Source: Phoronis australis
Lineage: Eukaryota; Animalia; Phoronida
DNA: 64,000 nt
Reading direction: 5' to 3'
NCBI GenBank assembly: GCA_002633005.1
Contig: NMRA01000234.1
Span: forward strand, 62,001-126,000
The notes beneath the pieces were generated by a model that saw nothing but the letters and a program-made list of their open reading frames with translations, had not been told where the DNA came from and ran no database searches. The stretch's first letter is position 1, and each line of letters starts with the position of its first letter. The position numbers were made by a program, and so were the translations under genes. Below are positions 62,552-64,000 of this stretch, piece by piece.

Positions 62552-64000
62552 CTGCAAACAAAAATAACAACATTTACAAAACATTCAGATAAAAATAATA
62601 ACCAGAATTGTCAATTTTCCATTTTGCAAAGAATGCTTGTTACATTTCAATATTAGGATGTTACTCAATGATGCAAATTTTAAGAAGTTACTCAAAGACA
62701 GCTGTGTATATGAATGCTACAAAATATGGACGGTCAACAATTTTCGGCTTGGCACCCAATATGAGAGACAAAGAAAATTTCATTATGTTATATTTTTAAA
62801 AAAAATAACTTGTCATGAAATTTTACACTTTTTCTACCAAAGCAGGTTCAGGTTGACAAAGCAGTAACCAAATATTTGATAAATTTTATAACATTCTCAG
62901 AGATGTAGTAAACATCTGAAAAATAGAGCAAATGCAATCTTAGCTATAATTCAGGAATTTAAGCCTTAAAAGTTTCATATTTTTTGTCCATACGTCAGAT
63001 AAAACAAAATTTCACACTTTCAAACTTTCACATTTTCGAAATTTTACAATTTCAAAATTTCACCATAATGTGTTCTTATCACCCTTTAGTATAACAAATT
63101 GAAGGATCTCTGTCTGATTCAACATATACATTGGTTACTTAGACACCAGGTGGAGTACTCGCAATCTACACTTCATGTACACCAAGGTCATTGCATAAAT
63201 GGGATACTCGCCCAAACCTCAGCATTATGAATTTATTAATGAATGATTACTAAAAATGATTGAAAGTATGGAGATACAAATTATGAACCTACTCCATGAC
63301 TAATTCAAACAGTTATCATTATATTAAATCACAAAATTTGCCTCATCCTATACACATACCAATAACATTTAAGCAGCATTCCATGTTATCAAGCACCCCT
63401 CTTGTTTTTCAAGCTCTACACTCACAAATCATATCTACTCCATTAGCAGACGGAATAATGATTAACAAACCGACAGAGATTGGAGGTCCTTTTTTTATCT
63501 CATCCTAATGAAGAGCTCGTTATGGCTGATATCACCATCAATGGGATCTGTTATAGCCATGCGCCTCCTGCCAGAAAATGGACACCATACAAGGTTTCCA
63601 AATCTAGCTAACACACAGCATTATTGTCTGGCCACAGTTCAGCAACTCTTTGACTCCAATTCGCAAGTCTCCCATGGCAGTGATATACAAGATGTCCCAA
63701 ATGTCCCAGACACAAAGTAATGCCAATCATTGCAGAGACTTAGTTTCACTTAAAAACCATGTGATTTTTTACATGGTTCTCAGAATCCCAATAAAAACCA
63801 GAACTTGCAGGCAGTAAGTTTGAATGACGCTTAATTCAATGCGTCTTGAATATTTTTAAGAAGAAAGTTGTGATGAGCACTGCTTTCCACCTATAACATT
63901 AGTGTAGTAACCAAAATCAACAGTGTCTTTTTGGCCGTAGCGGTATTTTTTCTCTATATATCTGTTAATGTTTAAAGTCTCTTTGCACAAGCTTTTTGTC

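Overview
AT-rich, intron-rich genomic DNA from an animal, probably a lophotrochozoan-type marine invertebrate (inferred from composition and repeat types, not proven). I reconstructed four protein-coding genes exon by exon with consistent reading phase. They are a CLC-7-type Cl-/H+ exchanger (+, 21 exons, N-terminus probably outside the window), a complete MCM4 (-, 16 coding exons, about 893 aa), a complete mitochondrial MCAT (+, 4 coding exons, about 418 aa, head-to-head with MCM4), and the 3' half of a beta/alpha-type syntrophin (-). Introns hold an internally deleted RTE LINE with a target-site duplication, a CR1/L2-group LINE remnant, Penelope-like remnants, several MITEs and many minisatellites. 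Main observations: (1) an HDV-like ribozyme fold starting exactly at the RTE's first nucleotide, with an atypical 26-nt L3; (2) a 24-bp minisatellite built from a CLCN7 splice-donor junction, giving a ladder of in-frame donors, with a similar junction repeat in MCM4; (3) the CLC signature GSGIP reads GSSIP; (4) a U12-type intron in CLCN7 and a GC-AG intron in MCM4; (5) an MCM4 exon duplication that is most likely an assembly artefact. I found no prokaryote-type system such as CRISPR or operons.
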